From a virus, in IMG/VR virus record IMGVR_UViG_3300045988_161624, positions 1 to 51,183 of that record: a stretch of 51,183 nt of DNA; one strand, 5' to 3'. Position 1 is the first letter of the stretch; each line of letters begins with the position of its first letter. Of the stretch, positions 1-8,538 are shown in pieces. The notes below the pieces were generated by a model. It searched no databases. It had not been told where the DNA came from and saw only the letters and a list, made by a program, of their open reading frames with translations. A program made the translations under genes and the position numbers.

Positions 1-55
1 TGTTAGTTGGGAAAGTGCACAAACAGCCGTAGCAAGAGTTACCAGTAATACCGTT
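1..55. repeat. 55-bp terminal overlap, identical to 51129..51183 (circular closure signature)
   Basis: Direct comparison: tgttagttgggaaagtgcacaaacagccgtagcaagagttaccagtaataccgtt occurs at both window ends. Confidence 0.95.
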
Positions 56-916
56 ACTATGGTTATACATCGGGGTATGTATCTTATCAAAGCCGTTGAT
101 TTATTAGGTTTTGAGAGTAAAAACGCAACTGCTATTATTTCAGTTGACAGCGGTGCTTATAAAAATGTTGTTGAAGAATTGATACAGCATCCAAATTGGG
201 AAGGGAGAAAAGAAAATACATACGCAAGTGGTGGTATTTTAACTTTATCTCCTGAAAAATCCCAAGGATATTATTATTTTAATCCAGAACCTTTAGATTT
301 AGGAGAAGTATACGAATGTTCTTTAACAGCTGATGTTAAAAGTAATGCTGGAAACCGTTCGCGTGTTAGAGATATAGTTTCGGTTCGTTCTGTGGAATCA
401 ATTCGAAATTTTAATCTTTATTATCAAATAAGAACTGTTGAAAATATTAGAGCTTTGGAAGAAATTCGTACATTTTCATCGGCTAATTGGGAAGCTCGTC
501 TTGAAATGAATTTAAGTGATGATAATGAAAATTGGACGGGGTGGCAGCAATTTTCCGCTTCTCAACATGTGTTTAGATATTGTAAATTCAGAATATTTTT
601 ATTTATTGACAATTTGTTTTTTACTCCGAATGTATTAAAAGCGACTGTTACTGTCGACATGCCTGATAGATACGAAAGCGGTGAAGATATTGTAATAGCA
701 AATGCGGAACTTGGCCGTAGCATAACATATGAAAACGCTTTCTGGAACAATCCTTCAGTTAACGTAACGGTTCAGGATGGTGCTGTTGATGATAGAGTTG
801 AATTTATCAATAAAGATAATAAAGGCTTTACAGTTAAAATTTTTAATGCTACCTTAAACTCATATGTTACAAGGTCTTTTGACTATATTTCGGCAGGTTA
901 CGGAAAGGTTGTTTAA
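1..916 (+). CDS. C-terminal part of the gpI/gpJ-like central tail fibre (host specificity) protein, continuing from 47941..51183 across the junction
   Basis: Frame is open from nt 1. It is in phase with the 47941 ORF once the 55-bp overlap is collapsed (59+51128 and 47941 are both 1 mod 3). Stop at 914-916. Confidence 0.8.
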   Translation, partial: VSWESAQTAVARVTSNTVTMVIHRGMYLIKAVDLLGFESKNATAIISVDSGAYKNVVEELIQHPNWEGRKENTYASGGILTLSPEKSQGYYYFNPEPLDLGEVYECSLTADVKSNAGNRSRVRDIVSVRSVESIRNFNLYYQIRTVENIRALEEIRTFSSANWEARLEMNLSDDNENWTGWQQFSASQHVFRYCKFRIFLFIDNLFFTPNVLKATVTVDMPDRYESGEDIVIANAELGRSITYENAFWNNPSVNVTVQDGAVDDRVEFINKDNKGFTVKIFNATLNSYVTRSFDYISAGYGKVV

Positions 917-1456
917 ATGTCACAAACGTTAGTAGATTTTTCAGGAAATCCTTCTGGTGCAGAGCTTATGGATGATTATCTGACACCAATGCAAGAAAAC
1001 ATTTTAACATCTAACAGTGGCACAACTCGTCCTGATTATGCCAAAGAAGGAACTAAATGGATTGATAAAACTCAAACCCCTTGGCTTTTAAAACTTTATG
1101 ACGGTTCACAAGATATTGTTATCGGAGAACTTGACCCTAACAAACATTCTTTTGTAGCAACAGACCCGATGACGACAGCGGGTGATTTGATTGTTGAAGG
1201 TGATGCTGGTATACCCGTACGATTGGCTGCGGGAACTGCCGGACATGTTCTAACTTCAAACGGCCCGGGAACTTTACCGAGTTATCAGTTAGGTGTTTAC
1301 GCAAATACTTATTTAAGTAATTTAACTGACGGAGGTAATACTGTTATTGATAATCGGGCAACAGGTGTTATAGATAACCGTTTTCTAACTGTTAACGAAT
1401 TGCCAGATAATCCAGTATCTGGAACTTTTTATTTTATTGAAGAAGAGGAAGCTTAA
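917..1456 (+). CDS. tail fibre protein (small, adaptor type)
   Basis: ATG overlaps the J-like stop (TAAATG). Motif TAGDLIVEGDAGIPVRLAAGTAGHVLTSNGPG resembles the GDLL..G.G...RL..G..GQVL motif of phage fibre proteins. Position is directly after gpJ. Confidence 0.6.
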   Translation: MSQTLVDFSGNPSGAELMDDYLTPMQENILTSNSGTTRPDYAKEGTKWIDKTQTPWLLKLYDGSQDIVIGELDPNKHSFVATDPMTTAGDLIVEGDAGIPVRLAAGTAGHVLTSNGPGTLPSYQLGVYANTYLSNLTDGGNTVIDNRATGVIDNRFLTVNELPDNPVSGTFYFIEEEEA

Positions 1457-3552
1457 TGTCTTTGTATGTAGCAAAAGAGGACGGTTCTATCAAAAAAATC
1501 AGAGACAAAGGAACTTTCGGTATTTACAACGGTTCGAAGCCAATTACAAAAATATACACGGAAAGAAAAAAAAATGGTGTATCATACATCCCGCATGATA
1601 TTGATTTTGAAATCGTGAACGGAACGACGCCGACGCTGCATGCCGGTAGCGAAGTCTGGGTTCCTTACGGAAAGGCCGCTCCGGCTCTTAGTGTCGGCGA
1701 CAGTCTGAACAGCGGCATAATCACTGCCATTAGTTGGGATGGTAGTAGACTTTTTTACAAGGTGCGATATGATACGGATTTAAGCATTGATGTTACAAAT
1801 GACCCGGCAAGTGCGGAGCTTGTTAATTCAATCTCTGCGACGCATAATTTCTGGTGGTTTGCTTTCCACTGTAGTCAAGACACGGCACCGAGCAATTTCG
1901 GACATTATGCTTTGTGGTGGGATTCGAGTACAAATATTGTCAAATTTACAATTGATTCAGGTGCAACGTGGCAAAATTATGCGTCCCTTCCGATTGGCGT
2001 TTTTACAATGGCAGGGACCGGTGCCACGAAAAAGGTTAAACATGTTTTCAACGGTTTCGGATACTTAGGGTGTGAAATCTATGCGTTGCCGGGGGTTAAA
2101 GGACTAGAAGCCAATAGAATGGCGGAAGGGGGAGGATTTCTCAATACAGAAAGAGTTCTTGAAACTGTTATTTCTCGACAATTGTCTTTCAATAGGGAAA
2201 AATTCTATGGTTTAATTTTGAGTGACAGGAATGCTATTGATGGTGATAAATATATTGTAGCGGCGGAACTTCCTGACCCTGTACCAAGCGGTTATGTTTT
2301 TTGTTACAGGACTTCCGACAATACGCTTTGGTGGACGGAAAATATTGGCGTTTGGGTACGTGCGCATGGTTTTAAAATAGGTTGGTTTGGTTCTGATAGT
2401 AAAAAAATTACAGCTTTTCACGCAGACAATTCATTTGCAAAAGTTTATCAGTATAACTCTTACGAACCGAATACCGTGCTTTGTAATATTAGTAATGGTG
2501 CTTCAACAACTGTTCATATGAGAAAAGGTGTGTATTATATCCGTGCTCAGGGTGGCGGTGGTAGTGGTGGCACATTTGGTGACTTTTTTTGGGTCTGTGG
2601 TTCCGGCGGTGGCAGCGGTGCCGGTTTTGAAGGTTATATATTAGTTAAAAGAAATATTATCTGTAATGTTTCAACGGGTGCTGCTGTATCGTCAGGAAAG
2701 TTGTCGGTTAACGGCAATTCTACACAAATTGAAAATATGTTTATATTTGGTGGTGGAGAAGGAGGAAAGACCAATGAAGCCTTAGCTGTCGGTGGGGAGT
2801 TAACAGTTATTGCAAATGACGATTATGAGATATTAACGGCGAAATATCTGGGAAATGGAAATGGGACAAAAGTTGTTGACGGTAATAAGCGTTATGGCGG
2901 GGACAGTGTAATTTCGAAGGACGGTGGAGGCCTACCAAGTGCTAACGCTACCGCTCCTGGTGCTGGTGGTGGTGGATTTACCGGCTCTGGTATAAACGGT
3001 GGTGCTGGTGGTGCCGGCGAATGTCTTATCCAATATATCGGCTATGAACCCGAGGGGGGGGGGGTAACTAACCTTGAGTATTTTAAGACCCCAACATTAA
3101 CTGGGTCAATAACCCCTGTTGCAGAGGGTAATATTGTCGTAACCTCAAGCTATAATAATACGAGTAGTTGGAACAATATGTGCAACAACAGCTATATTAT
3201 GAGGAATACTATTTCAACTAAAACCGACCAGGGTTATTGGCAGATGAATGGTTCATCCACTCAATGGCTGAATATTCATTTCCCTTACACACTGCTGATA
3301 AAAGAGTTGACGATTGCCAGTCGCCCGTCAGATAATTATTCTGGTACAGTTACAGCATATACTTCTAGTCATATGACTGTAAACATGGGTTCTGTTACAA
3401 CAAATAATCCAGCAACTAACTTCTTGCTGACACGAATCAATAACGGTGCGTTTGAAACATCCAATATCTATCTTAGAATTACAGATATGGCTGAATGGTA
3501 TGGATTACAAAATCTGCAAATAAAAGGTTATAAGGTCAAAAAAAATACTTAG
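1456..3552 (+). CDS. tail fibre / receptor-binding protein with glycine-rich domain and C-terminal discoidin-like (galactose-binding-like) domain
   Basis: 698 aa, ATGA-type overlap with the previous gene. Glycine-rich blocks QGGGGSGGTF, GSGGGSGAGFEGY and APGAGGGGFTGSGINGGAGGAGE. C-terminus YWQMNGSSTQWLNIHFP..LIKELTIASRP. Position supports the call. Confidence 0.7.
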   Translation: MSLYVAKEDGSIKKIRDKGTFGIYNGSKPITKIYTERKKNGVSYIPHDIDFEIVNGTTPTLHAGSEVWVPYGKAAPALSVGDSLNSGIITAISWDGSRLFYKVRYDTDLSIDVTNDPASAELVNSISATHNFWWFAFHCSQDTAPSNFGHYALWWDSSTNIVKFTIDSGATWQNYASLPIGVFTMAGTGATKKVKHVFNGFGYLGCEIYALPGVKGLEANRMAEGGGFLNTERVLETVISRQLSFNREKFYGLILSDRNAIDGDKYIVAAELPDPVPSGYVFCYRTSDNTLWWTENIGVWVRAHGFKIGWFGSDSKKITAFHADNSFAKVYQYNSYEPNTVLCNISNGASTTVHMRKGVYYIRAQGGGGSGGTFGDFFWVCGSGGGSGAGFEGYILVKRNIICNVSTGAAVSSGKLSVNGNSTQIENMFIFGGGEGGKTNEALAVGGELTVIANDDYEILTAKYLGNGNGTKVVDGNKRYGGDSVISKDGGGLPSANATAPGAGGGGFTGSGINGGAGGAGECLIQYIGYEPEGGGVTNLEYFKTPTLTGSITPVAEGNIVVTSSYNNTSSWNNMCNNSYIMRNTISTKTDQGYWQMNGSSTQWLNIHFPYTLLIKELTIASRPSDNYSGTVTAYTSSHMTVNMGSVTTNNPATNFLLTRINNGAFETSNIYLRITDMAEWYGLQNLQIKGYKVKKNT
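3054..3064 (+). repeat. G11 homopolymer tract inside the tail-fibre CDS, followed by TAACTAA
   Basis: Counted: g3054-g3064. In-frame reading is GAG GGG GGG GGG GTA ACT AAC. G10 gives an immediate TAA and G12 gives GGT AAC TAA. Confidence 0.95.
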
Positions 3553-3812
3553 TTAATGAACCGTCAGTAGAGCCGACAGAGCCAACTTATTACTGTTATG
3601 ATTACGACACGTTGGACGGTTATTTCTATACTTTAGGTAAGGCCGTCGTGGGTAGTACAGTTTTAAGAACAAGCGACAACGCGGTAACGACGTTACCAGA
3701 CAATTTGTCCGCTAACAACGACGTTTCAATAACTGCGGTCAACGGCGATGTACTTACTTTAGGACCTTACTCTTTTACGGCGACGCGATACCCAGCCGGA
3801 GATATTTATTAA
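3534..3812 (+). other. -1-frame open extension past the tail-fibre stop (includes track ORF 3612..3812), entered at an A8 tract
   Basis: Frame 0 is open from 3534 to the TAA at 3810-3812. A8 run at 3538-3545 (A AAA AAT). The track ORF starts at TTG with no SD. Confidence 0.35.
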
Positions 3813-3956
3813 AAAAAGCTCTGCGGAATCTACCTAAGAGCTAGCAAAACCGTGGCATTTATATTGAGTTTGAAGAGGTGTAAAAACTTATTATACAATT
3901 TAAAACTTGATTAATAAATAAAAGCTTGTTAAAATATTATTCATGGAGGTATTTAT

Positions 3957-4151
3957 ATGGATAATATGGTTGAAATTATAAAAGAAGCTCGTAAAGCTGG
4001 TATGCAAACAGCATTAATATTGTTTGCTGCTTTATGCGTGGTTGCAAGTTTATTTGCGTTTTATATTTATCAAAGTTATCAGCCAAACTATGCTACTATT
4101 ACTCAAATGCAAGATGGTGAGAATAACAAACAGGAAATGATAAATGAGTAA
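3957..4151 (+). CDS. small single-pass membrane protein
   Basis: GGAGG 7 nt upstream of the ATG. Hydrophobic stretch ALILFAALCVVASLFAFYIY. Confidence 0.6.
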   Translation: MDNMVEIIKEARKAGMQTALILFAALCVVASLFAFYIYQSYQPNYATITQMQDGENNKQEMINE

Positions 4152-4195
4152 ACAAATTCAAATAGTTAAATTAGTCCTTCCTCGAGGAGGGGGTC

Positions 4196-4477
4196 GTGCA
4201 ACCGGAAGGGGCGGTAAAAGTGGACGTGGTTAAACGTAAAGTAATTGCTCTTTGGTTACATTTCTTTTTAAATCGTATTGGTTCTAAACATCCTGAATTT
4301 CTTTCTGACTTACTTAATGATTTGAATATTTCAGAACGTCATAAAATTATCATTAAATCCAGATATGTTGACAAGCTTAAGTTTAAGCAAATACCTGATG
4401 TTAAAGGTGTTAATTGTGAATTAAGACAGGTTATGAATTTGTATAAAGAAGTCATAGACAAACTTATAAATCTTTAA
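4196..4477 (+). CDS. small HTH protein resembling sigma-70 region 4 (possible transcription regulator)
   Basis: GTG start 5 nt after GGAGG. LNISERHKIIIKSRYVDKLKFKQI...VMNLYKEVIDKL resembles the region-4 pattern L..RE..V..LRY...S..EIA. Confidence 0.35.
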   Translation: MQPEGAVKVDVVKRKVIALWLHFFLNRIGSKHPEFLSDLLNDLNISERHKIIIKSRYVDKLKFKQIPDVKGVNCELRQVMNLYKEVIDKLINL

Positions 4478-4599
4478 AATCAATACTTTATCTTTACACA
4501 TTCCCAACATTTTAATTTTATATATCCTTGCTACTCTATAAACAGAGAGTGAGGTTATTTTTTATCAAAATTAAAACCATCTTTAAAGGGAGTTAAGAG

Positions 4600-5001
4600 A
4601 TGTTTGAAAATAATACTTTGAATCAATATAACCCAAATAATCAAAGTTTTATCGGCTTTGTACAAAACGGAAAAATATTTAATTCTTATGGACAGCAACT
4701 CGGTTATATCACAGATGAATATAATAAAGCTATTGAAACGGCTAAAGGTTTTCAACAAAAATTAATAGAAGCCGGAATACTTGTAAAACCTAAAACACCT
4801 GAAGAAATAAATCAGGAATTGCAAGAAACATTAAAACAGACCCAAACGATGATGACGGAGATGTCCAATACTATTATTTCATTAAACGAAAAAGTCAATA
4901 GATTAGAGGAGAAGAAAGATGTTCAACAAGCAATCAATCCTGTCAGCGGCAGGACGATTCTTACCACAAGAAAAGATTCAACTCCTAAGTCAAGCGTATG
5001 A
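4600..5001 (+). CDS. hypothetical coiled-coil protein
   Basis: AGGGAG SD upstream of the ATG. Heptad-like C-terminal half. No recognisable motif. Confidence 0.5.
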   Translation: MFENNTLNQYNPNNQSFIGFVQNGKIFNSYGQQLGYITDEYNKAIETAKGFQQKLIEAGILVKPKTPEEINQELQETLKQTQTMMTEMSNTIISLNEKVNRLEEKKDVQQAINPVSGRTILTTRKDSTPKSSV

Positions 5002-5266
5002 TTTTGCTAATAAAATAACTGACATTACGCAAAACCCGAAAGAAGCTTTAGAAAAAGCCGGTGTTACTCGAGAAGATTTGGAAAAAGCGAAAAAACTTAT
5101 AAACAATCCTATGGCTGGTTTTTTTCTCGGTGATAAAAAACAATCAGTCATTGACGGATTAAATAGAGCCGAATCGTTATTCGATAAACAAGTTAACTCA
5201 TTATCTGAACAAGCCCCGGTTAATGAGTTAGAGCAATTGCAAGCTAATCTTGCAAGGCTTAAGTAA
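4919..5266 (+). CDS. hypothetical protein
   Basis: ATG preceded by GGAGAAG. Overlaps the previous ORF by 83 nt. Confidence 0.5.
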   Translation: MFNKQSILSAAGRFLPQEKIQLLSQAYDFANKITDITQNPKEALEKAGVTREDLEKAKKLINNPMAGFFLGDKKQSVIDGLNRAESLFDKQVNSLSEQAPVNELEQLQANLARLK

Positions 5267-5291
5267 TGTCGGGCTTAACGGAGAATATATA

Positions 5292-5867
5292 ATGGATAAA
5301 GAATCTTATAGTTGGGGAGGGATTGGTTTTCTTGCCTTGTTCTTCCTGATTATCATTGCTTTTTGGGGCCGTGGTGGTAACGGTTTTGGTTGGGGTAATA
5401 ACTGCGGTAACGGTTTTGCCCCTTTTGGTGATGGTATTGGTTTCGGTGCTTCTAGTTATGGTTTCCAGAATTATCGTGCAACCTGTGATGCTGAAAAATC
5501 TGAAATCATCAATACCGCCCGTACTCAGTATCTGGTAGAACAGCAGGCTGCTGGCACTCGTGAGCTGGTTAATGCAACGGCTAATGCAACTCAGACCAAA
5601 ATTGATTTTTATGCTTATCAGGCAGAACGTGACAAAGTTGCTGACCGTGACCGTAGAATTATGTCTTTGGAAAATCAGCTGTTTATGAAAGACCAGCTTG
5701 CAGCGTTGACGGCTTCAATTGCTGATATTCGTTGCAACATGCTTACCCGTCCGAATATTACCGGGGTTGGTGCGGTTTGCCCGAATGCTGGTGTTTTGAA
5801 CGGTTTAGGAATTGACCGTTTCACTGGTTGCGGCTGTGGTTGCAACGGTAATAACGTTCTGGTTTAA
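5292..5867 (+). CDS. membrane-anchored Gly/Asn/Phe-rich protein with coiled coil and Cys-Gly C-terminus
   Basis: Internal ATG at 5292 after GGAG. TM segment GGIGFLALFFLIIIAFWG, then GGNGFGWGNNCGNGFAPFGDGIGFGASSYGF. C-terminus GCGCGCNGNNVLV. Confidence 0.6.
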   Translation: MDKESYSWGGIGFLALFFLIIIAFWGRGGNGFGWGNNCGNGFAPFGDGIGFGASSYGFQNYRATCDAEKSEIINTARTQYLVEQQAAGTRELVNATANATQTKIDFYAYQAERDKVADRDRRIMSLENQLFMKDQLAALTASIADIRCNMLTRPNITGVGAVCPNAGVLNGLGIDRFTGCGCGCNGNNVLV

Positions 5868-5936
5868 TTTAACTCCCTCGGGCGGTTAGATTATTCTGGC
5901 CGCCTTGACTTAAAATCTTTTATTTGGAGAAATAAA

Positions 5937-6269
5937 ATGACTTGTAATTGCAATTGTGTTCATCTTGTAAGTTCGGTTACTTCTAGTACGGAAAGTCTTA
6001 TATTAAATTTTTCCGCAGCACCGGCAGTGTTAAACACTGATGAGTTTAATTTTCGCATTTGCTGCGATGTTGGCTCAAATCCGAGCACATATGTCCCAGT
6101 TCAAATCAATGTATCAGTAAATGGAACTGTAACTGCCGTTCCGTTGCTTAACCGATTTGGTAATCAGATGTATTCAAATGAATTGAGAACCCGTGTTGTT
6201 TACAAAGGATATTTCGGCAGCGTTGCAACGCCTCATGTTATTGCCCATAATACCCCTAAAAACTGCTAG
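5937..6269 (+). CDS. small Cys-rich beta-type protein of unknown function
   Basis: N-terminus MTCNCNCVHLV, internal RICCDVG, C-terminus KNC. GGAGA upstream. Confidence 0.55.
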   Translation: MTCNCNCVHLVSSVTSSTESLILNFSAAPAVLNTDEFNFRICCDVGSNPSTYVPVQINVSVNGTVTAVPLLNRFGNQMYSNELRTRVVYKGYFGSVATPHVIAHNTPKNC

Positions 6270-6277
6270 GAGATGAT

Positions 6278-6451
6278 ATGAGAGGTTTAGGCATAATTAT
6301 TGGATATATACTCGGAAATGCAGCAGCACGTGATTGGTGTATTGAAAAAATATGCCAAGCCTCTTGTATTATTGAAAAAGAATTGAAAAAAACACCTATG
6401 GCGAAACTCATAATTAAGGATAAAAAAGATGAAATTTCAGGAGATAATTAA
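6278..6451 (+). CDS. 57-aa small ORF, below the track threshold, with a hydrophobic N-terminus
   Basis: Hand translation: MRGLGIIIGYILGNAAARDWCIEKICQASCIIEKELKKTPMAKLIIKDKKDEISGDN. AGGAG 5 nt upstream. Confidence 0.4.
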   Translation: MRGLGIIIGYILGNAAARDWCIEKICQASCIIEKELKKTPMAKLIIKDKKDEISGDN

Positions 6452-6872
6452 AGAATATACATGTTCTGATTCTGAGAAAGATATGTATATGTTAACTGAA
6501 ATGATTGATGATTTTATTTGTGAAGTTAAAAATCTTCATCCTGAAACAGTTAATCATTTTTTAAGAAATTTGCAAATGTATAAGCATCCCTTGCATGATA
6601 GGGAATCCGCCGAATATGCAGTTTCAAAACTTGAAAACGAAGATGGTTCTGTTGGAGAGCATTGGGATTTTGAAACAACTTCCAAGCTTGCTGACAAATA
6701 TTCAATACACGATAAACCCGCTTTTTATTACGTATTGAATATGATTTACAGTGATTTTTACGAATCGGGTCGTTCAGATTTGGAATACGTTAAAGATGCC
6801 GTAAAATTTATAAATGATAAGGATGCCCCACACGATAAAGCCGAAAGATATTATCGTGCTATGAATTATTAA
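6429..6872 (+). CDS. hypothetical acidic protein
   Basis: 147-aa ORF. Motif FYYVLNMIYSDFYE. No function assignable. Confidence 0.55.
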   Translation: MKFQEIIKEYTCSDSEKDMYMLTEMIDDFICEVKNLHPETVNHFLRNLQMYKHPLHDRESAEYAVSKLENEDGSVGEHWDFETTSKLADKYSIHDKPAFYYVLNMIYSDFYESGRSDLEYVKDAVKFINDKDAPHDKAERYYRAMNY

Positions 6873-6891
6873 TGTTGACATTTTTATTGAT

Positions 6892-6922
6892 AGGGGCTAC
6901 GCTAAAAACAGCCCCTTTTTGT
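6892..6922 (+). terminator. rho-independent terminator
   Basis: Stem AGGGGCT (6892-6898) pairs with AGCCCCT (6910-6916), 11-nt loop, then TTTTTGTT. Confidence 0.75.
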
Positions 6923-6937
6923 TAAAGGGTATTATTC

Positions 6938-7303
6938 ATGAGAAGTAAATTAATGACACAACCTCAACAAAGAGTAGCTCTTGATATGTTATTAGCCCAA
7001 AAAAATCATGGGGGCTTGTCGTCGGCCGCTTTGTTACTTCATCAGAAACAAGCTGAGGATGCCGAAAAAATGGATAAAAGAATGTATGAAATTGAAAAAA
7101 AAGTCGACATTCTCGATAAAAAAGTTGATTCTCTTGATGAAAAAATCAATGAAATAAAAACTTTAATAGCCAAAAGAACAAGTTTTACAGAAAATATAAA
7201 AGAAATTTTAAGTAATAAAATTTTTATCTATTTATTGATAATCATTACAGCCTCTGCCTGCGGTGTTCAAGTCGCAGATTTAGGAACATTTTTATTTAAA
7301 TAA
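6938..7303 (+). CDS. XhlA-like lysis-associated membrane protein (coiled coil plus C-terminal TM)
   Basis: Heptads EIEKKVDILDKKVDSLDEKINEIK, C-terminal TM IFIYLLIIITASACGV. Lies immediately upstream of the lysis genes. Confidence 0.4.
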   Translation: MRSKLMTQPQQRVALDMLLAQKNHGGLSSAALLLHQKQAEDAEKMDKRMYEIEKKVDILDKKVDSLDEKINEIKTLIAKRTSFTENIKEILSNKIFIYLLIIITASACGVQVADLGTFLFK

Positions 7304-7316
7304 AAAAGGAAATGCT

Positions 7317-7898
7317 ATGATTTATCTGATTTCATTTATAATTGTCGCGATTTCGGCGTTGTTGTGGCGCATTCGCGGCGGACTTTGGAAAGAATATATT
7401 CCGGAAAATAAAATCTGGTATGCGCTTTTTTTCGGCATTTTCGGGTATTTCTATTTTGGAAACAGTCTTGAGAAAGCCATTGTTGGCGGCATTGCCTGTT
7501 TCACGTCTTATAAGCTTTACGGCTGGGGCTTATATCTTGGCAGATTATTGGAGGGCGGCCAGCTTAACCCGAATTTAGTACAATATCGGGAGTGTGAGCT
7601 GATAGACGATTTGCTCTATTCATGCCGAATTACTTTCAAGGGAAAGACCTTCTGGTTGTATGAAAATCCAAAATGGTTCGGCTTTTGTGGTACGACGCTG
7701 ACCGGCCTCATCATCACGTTTCTGTGGGGCTTGTACTTCGGCAGCCTGCCGCTGATGCTCTCAGGCCTCGGGATGGGCATCTGCTATTGGTTGGGCGGGA
7801 AGCTTGAGAAACTAAAAGCGCTGGGAAAATCCGGCTGGAACTGGGGCGAATGGATTTTCGGTGCATATGCAGGAGCATGTCTGGTTTGGATGATTTAA
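7317..7898 (+). CDS. polytopic membrane protein, putative holin
   Basis: Several hydrophobic segments. Abuts the endolysin start. Confidence 0.45.
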   Translation: MIYLISFIIVAISALLWRIRGGLWKEYIPENKIWYALFFGIFGYFYFGNSLEKAIVGGIACFTSYKLYGWGLYLGRLLEGGQLNPNLVQYRECELIDDLLYSCRITFKGKTFWLYENPKWFGFCGTTLTGLIITFLWGLYFGSLPLMLSGLGMGICYWLGGKLEKLKALGKSGWNWGEWIFGAYAGACLVWMI

Positions 7899-7900
7899 AA

Positions 7901-8326
7901 ATGTACAGAAGTAAAGATATAGACATCCTTGCCAGAACTATATACGGAGAAGCAAGAGGGGAACCAGAAATCGGTAAATGTGCCGTTGCATCGGTTGTTT
8001 TAAATAGATACAAAGCGCACAAATGGTTTTCAGGTAAAACTATTGCTGACACATGTCAATTTTGCGTTAAAGGTTCAAAATATCATCAATTTAGTTGTTG
8101 GAACGAAGACGACCCGAATTTCAGATTAATAACTCAAATTTCCGAAAGTGATAAAATTTTTTGTAAATGTATAGATGTTGCTGAAAAATATATTTCAGGC
8201 ACTTACAAAGATATTGTGAACGGTGCATGTCACTATTGCGTCGTTGGTACAAATCCGGCGTGGGCAAAAGGAAAACGTCCCGATTTGCGAATCGGGCGTC
8301 ATTTGTTTTATTGCGAGGTGGAATGA
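7901..8326 (+). CDS. endolysin, SleB-type cell wall hydrolase
   Basis: LARTIYGEARGEPEIGKCAVASVVLNR ... QFSCWN matches the SleB/Hydrolase_2 signature. ATG at 7901. Confidence 0.85.
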   Translation: MYRSKDIDILARTIYGEARGEPEIGKCAVASVVLNRYKAHKWFSGKTIADTCQFCVKGSKYHQFSCWNEDDPNFRLITQISESDKIFCKCIDVAEKYISGTYKDIVNGACHYCVVGTNPAWAKGKRPDLRIGRHLFYCEVE

Positions 8327-8538
8327 AATATGCGTTTTTTGTTGGTATTTTTCTCCTTGTTATTGGTGGAACTTATTATACTGGCTATCGCGTGGGAAGT
8401 GCTGACACAAAAATTGAATATATAGAAAAAGAGGTTATTAAATATGTGGAAGTTGAAAAAGCGAAGTCGACAATTTATTCTTCTGCTAATCTTAGTCGTG
8501 ATATTTTGCTGCGGATGTACTCAGAAAATAAATTCTAG
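8323..8538 (+). CDS. i-spanin (inner-membrane spanin subunit)
   Basis: ATGA overlap with the endolysin stop. N-terminal TM YAFFVGIFLLVIGGTYY followed by a charged periplasmic part. Confidence 0.6.
   Translation: MKYAFFVGIFLLVIGGTYYTGYRVGSADTKIEYIEKEVIKYVEVEKAKSTIYSSANLSRDILLRMYSENKF

Noticed and set aside
1-55. The 55-bp repeat as a genuine direct terminal repeat of the virion DNA
   Set aside because: The repeat lies in the middle of an essential tail gene and its length equals a common assembler k-mer. It is more parsimoniously an assembly overlap of a circular or circularly permuted genome. This cannot be fully excluded without reads.
1566-1574. A9 run near the 5' end of the tail-fibre gene as a second phase-variation tract
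   Set aside because: A7-A9 runs are frequent in this AT-rich genome (for example 22850-22857), and no special stop arrangement follows. It is not distinguishable from background composition.
4919-5001. 83-nt overlap between ORFs 4600..5001 and 4919..5266 as a programmed frameshift site
   Set aside because: No slippery heptamer or homopolymer is present at the overlap (AGA TTA GAG GAG AAG AAA GAT GTT). The second ORF has its own GGAGAAG SD and ATG, so independent initiation is simpler.
7342-8052. Alternative-frame ORFs 7342..7578 (+) and 7714..8052 (-) inside the putative holin and endolysin region
   Set aside because: They overlap genes with clear membrane topology or the SleB motif. Their products are Arg/Ser-rich and lack SDs.
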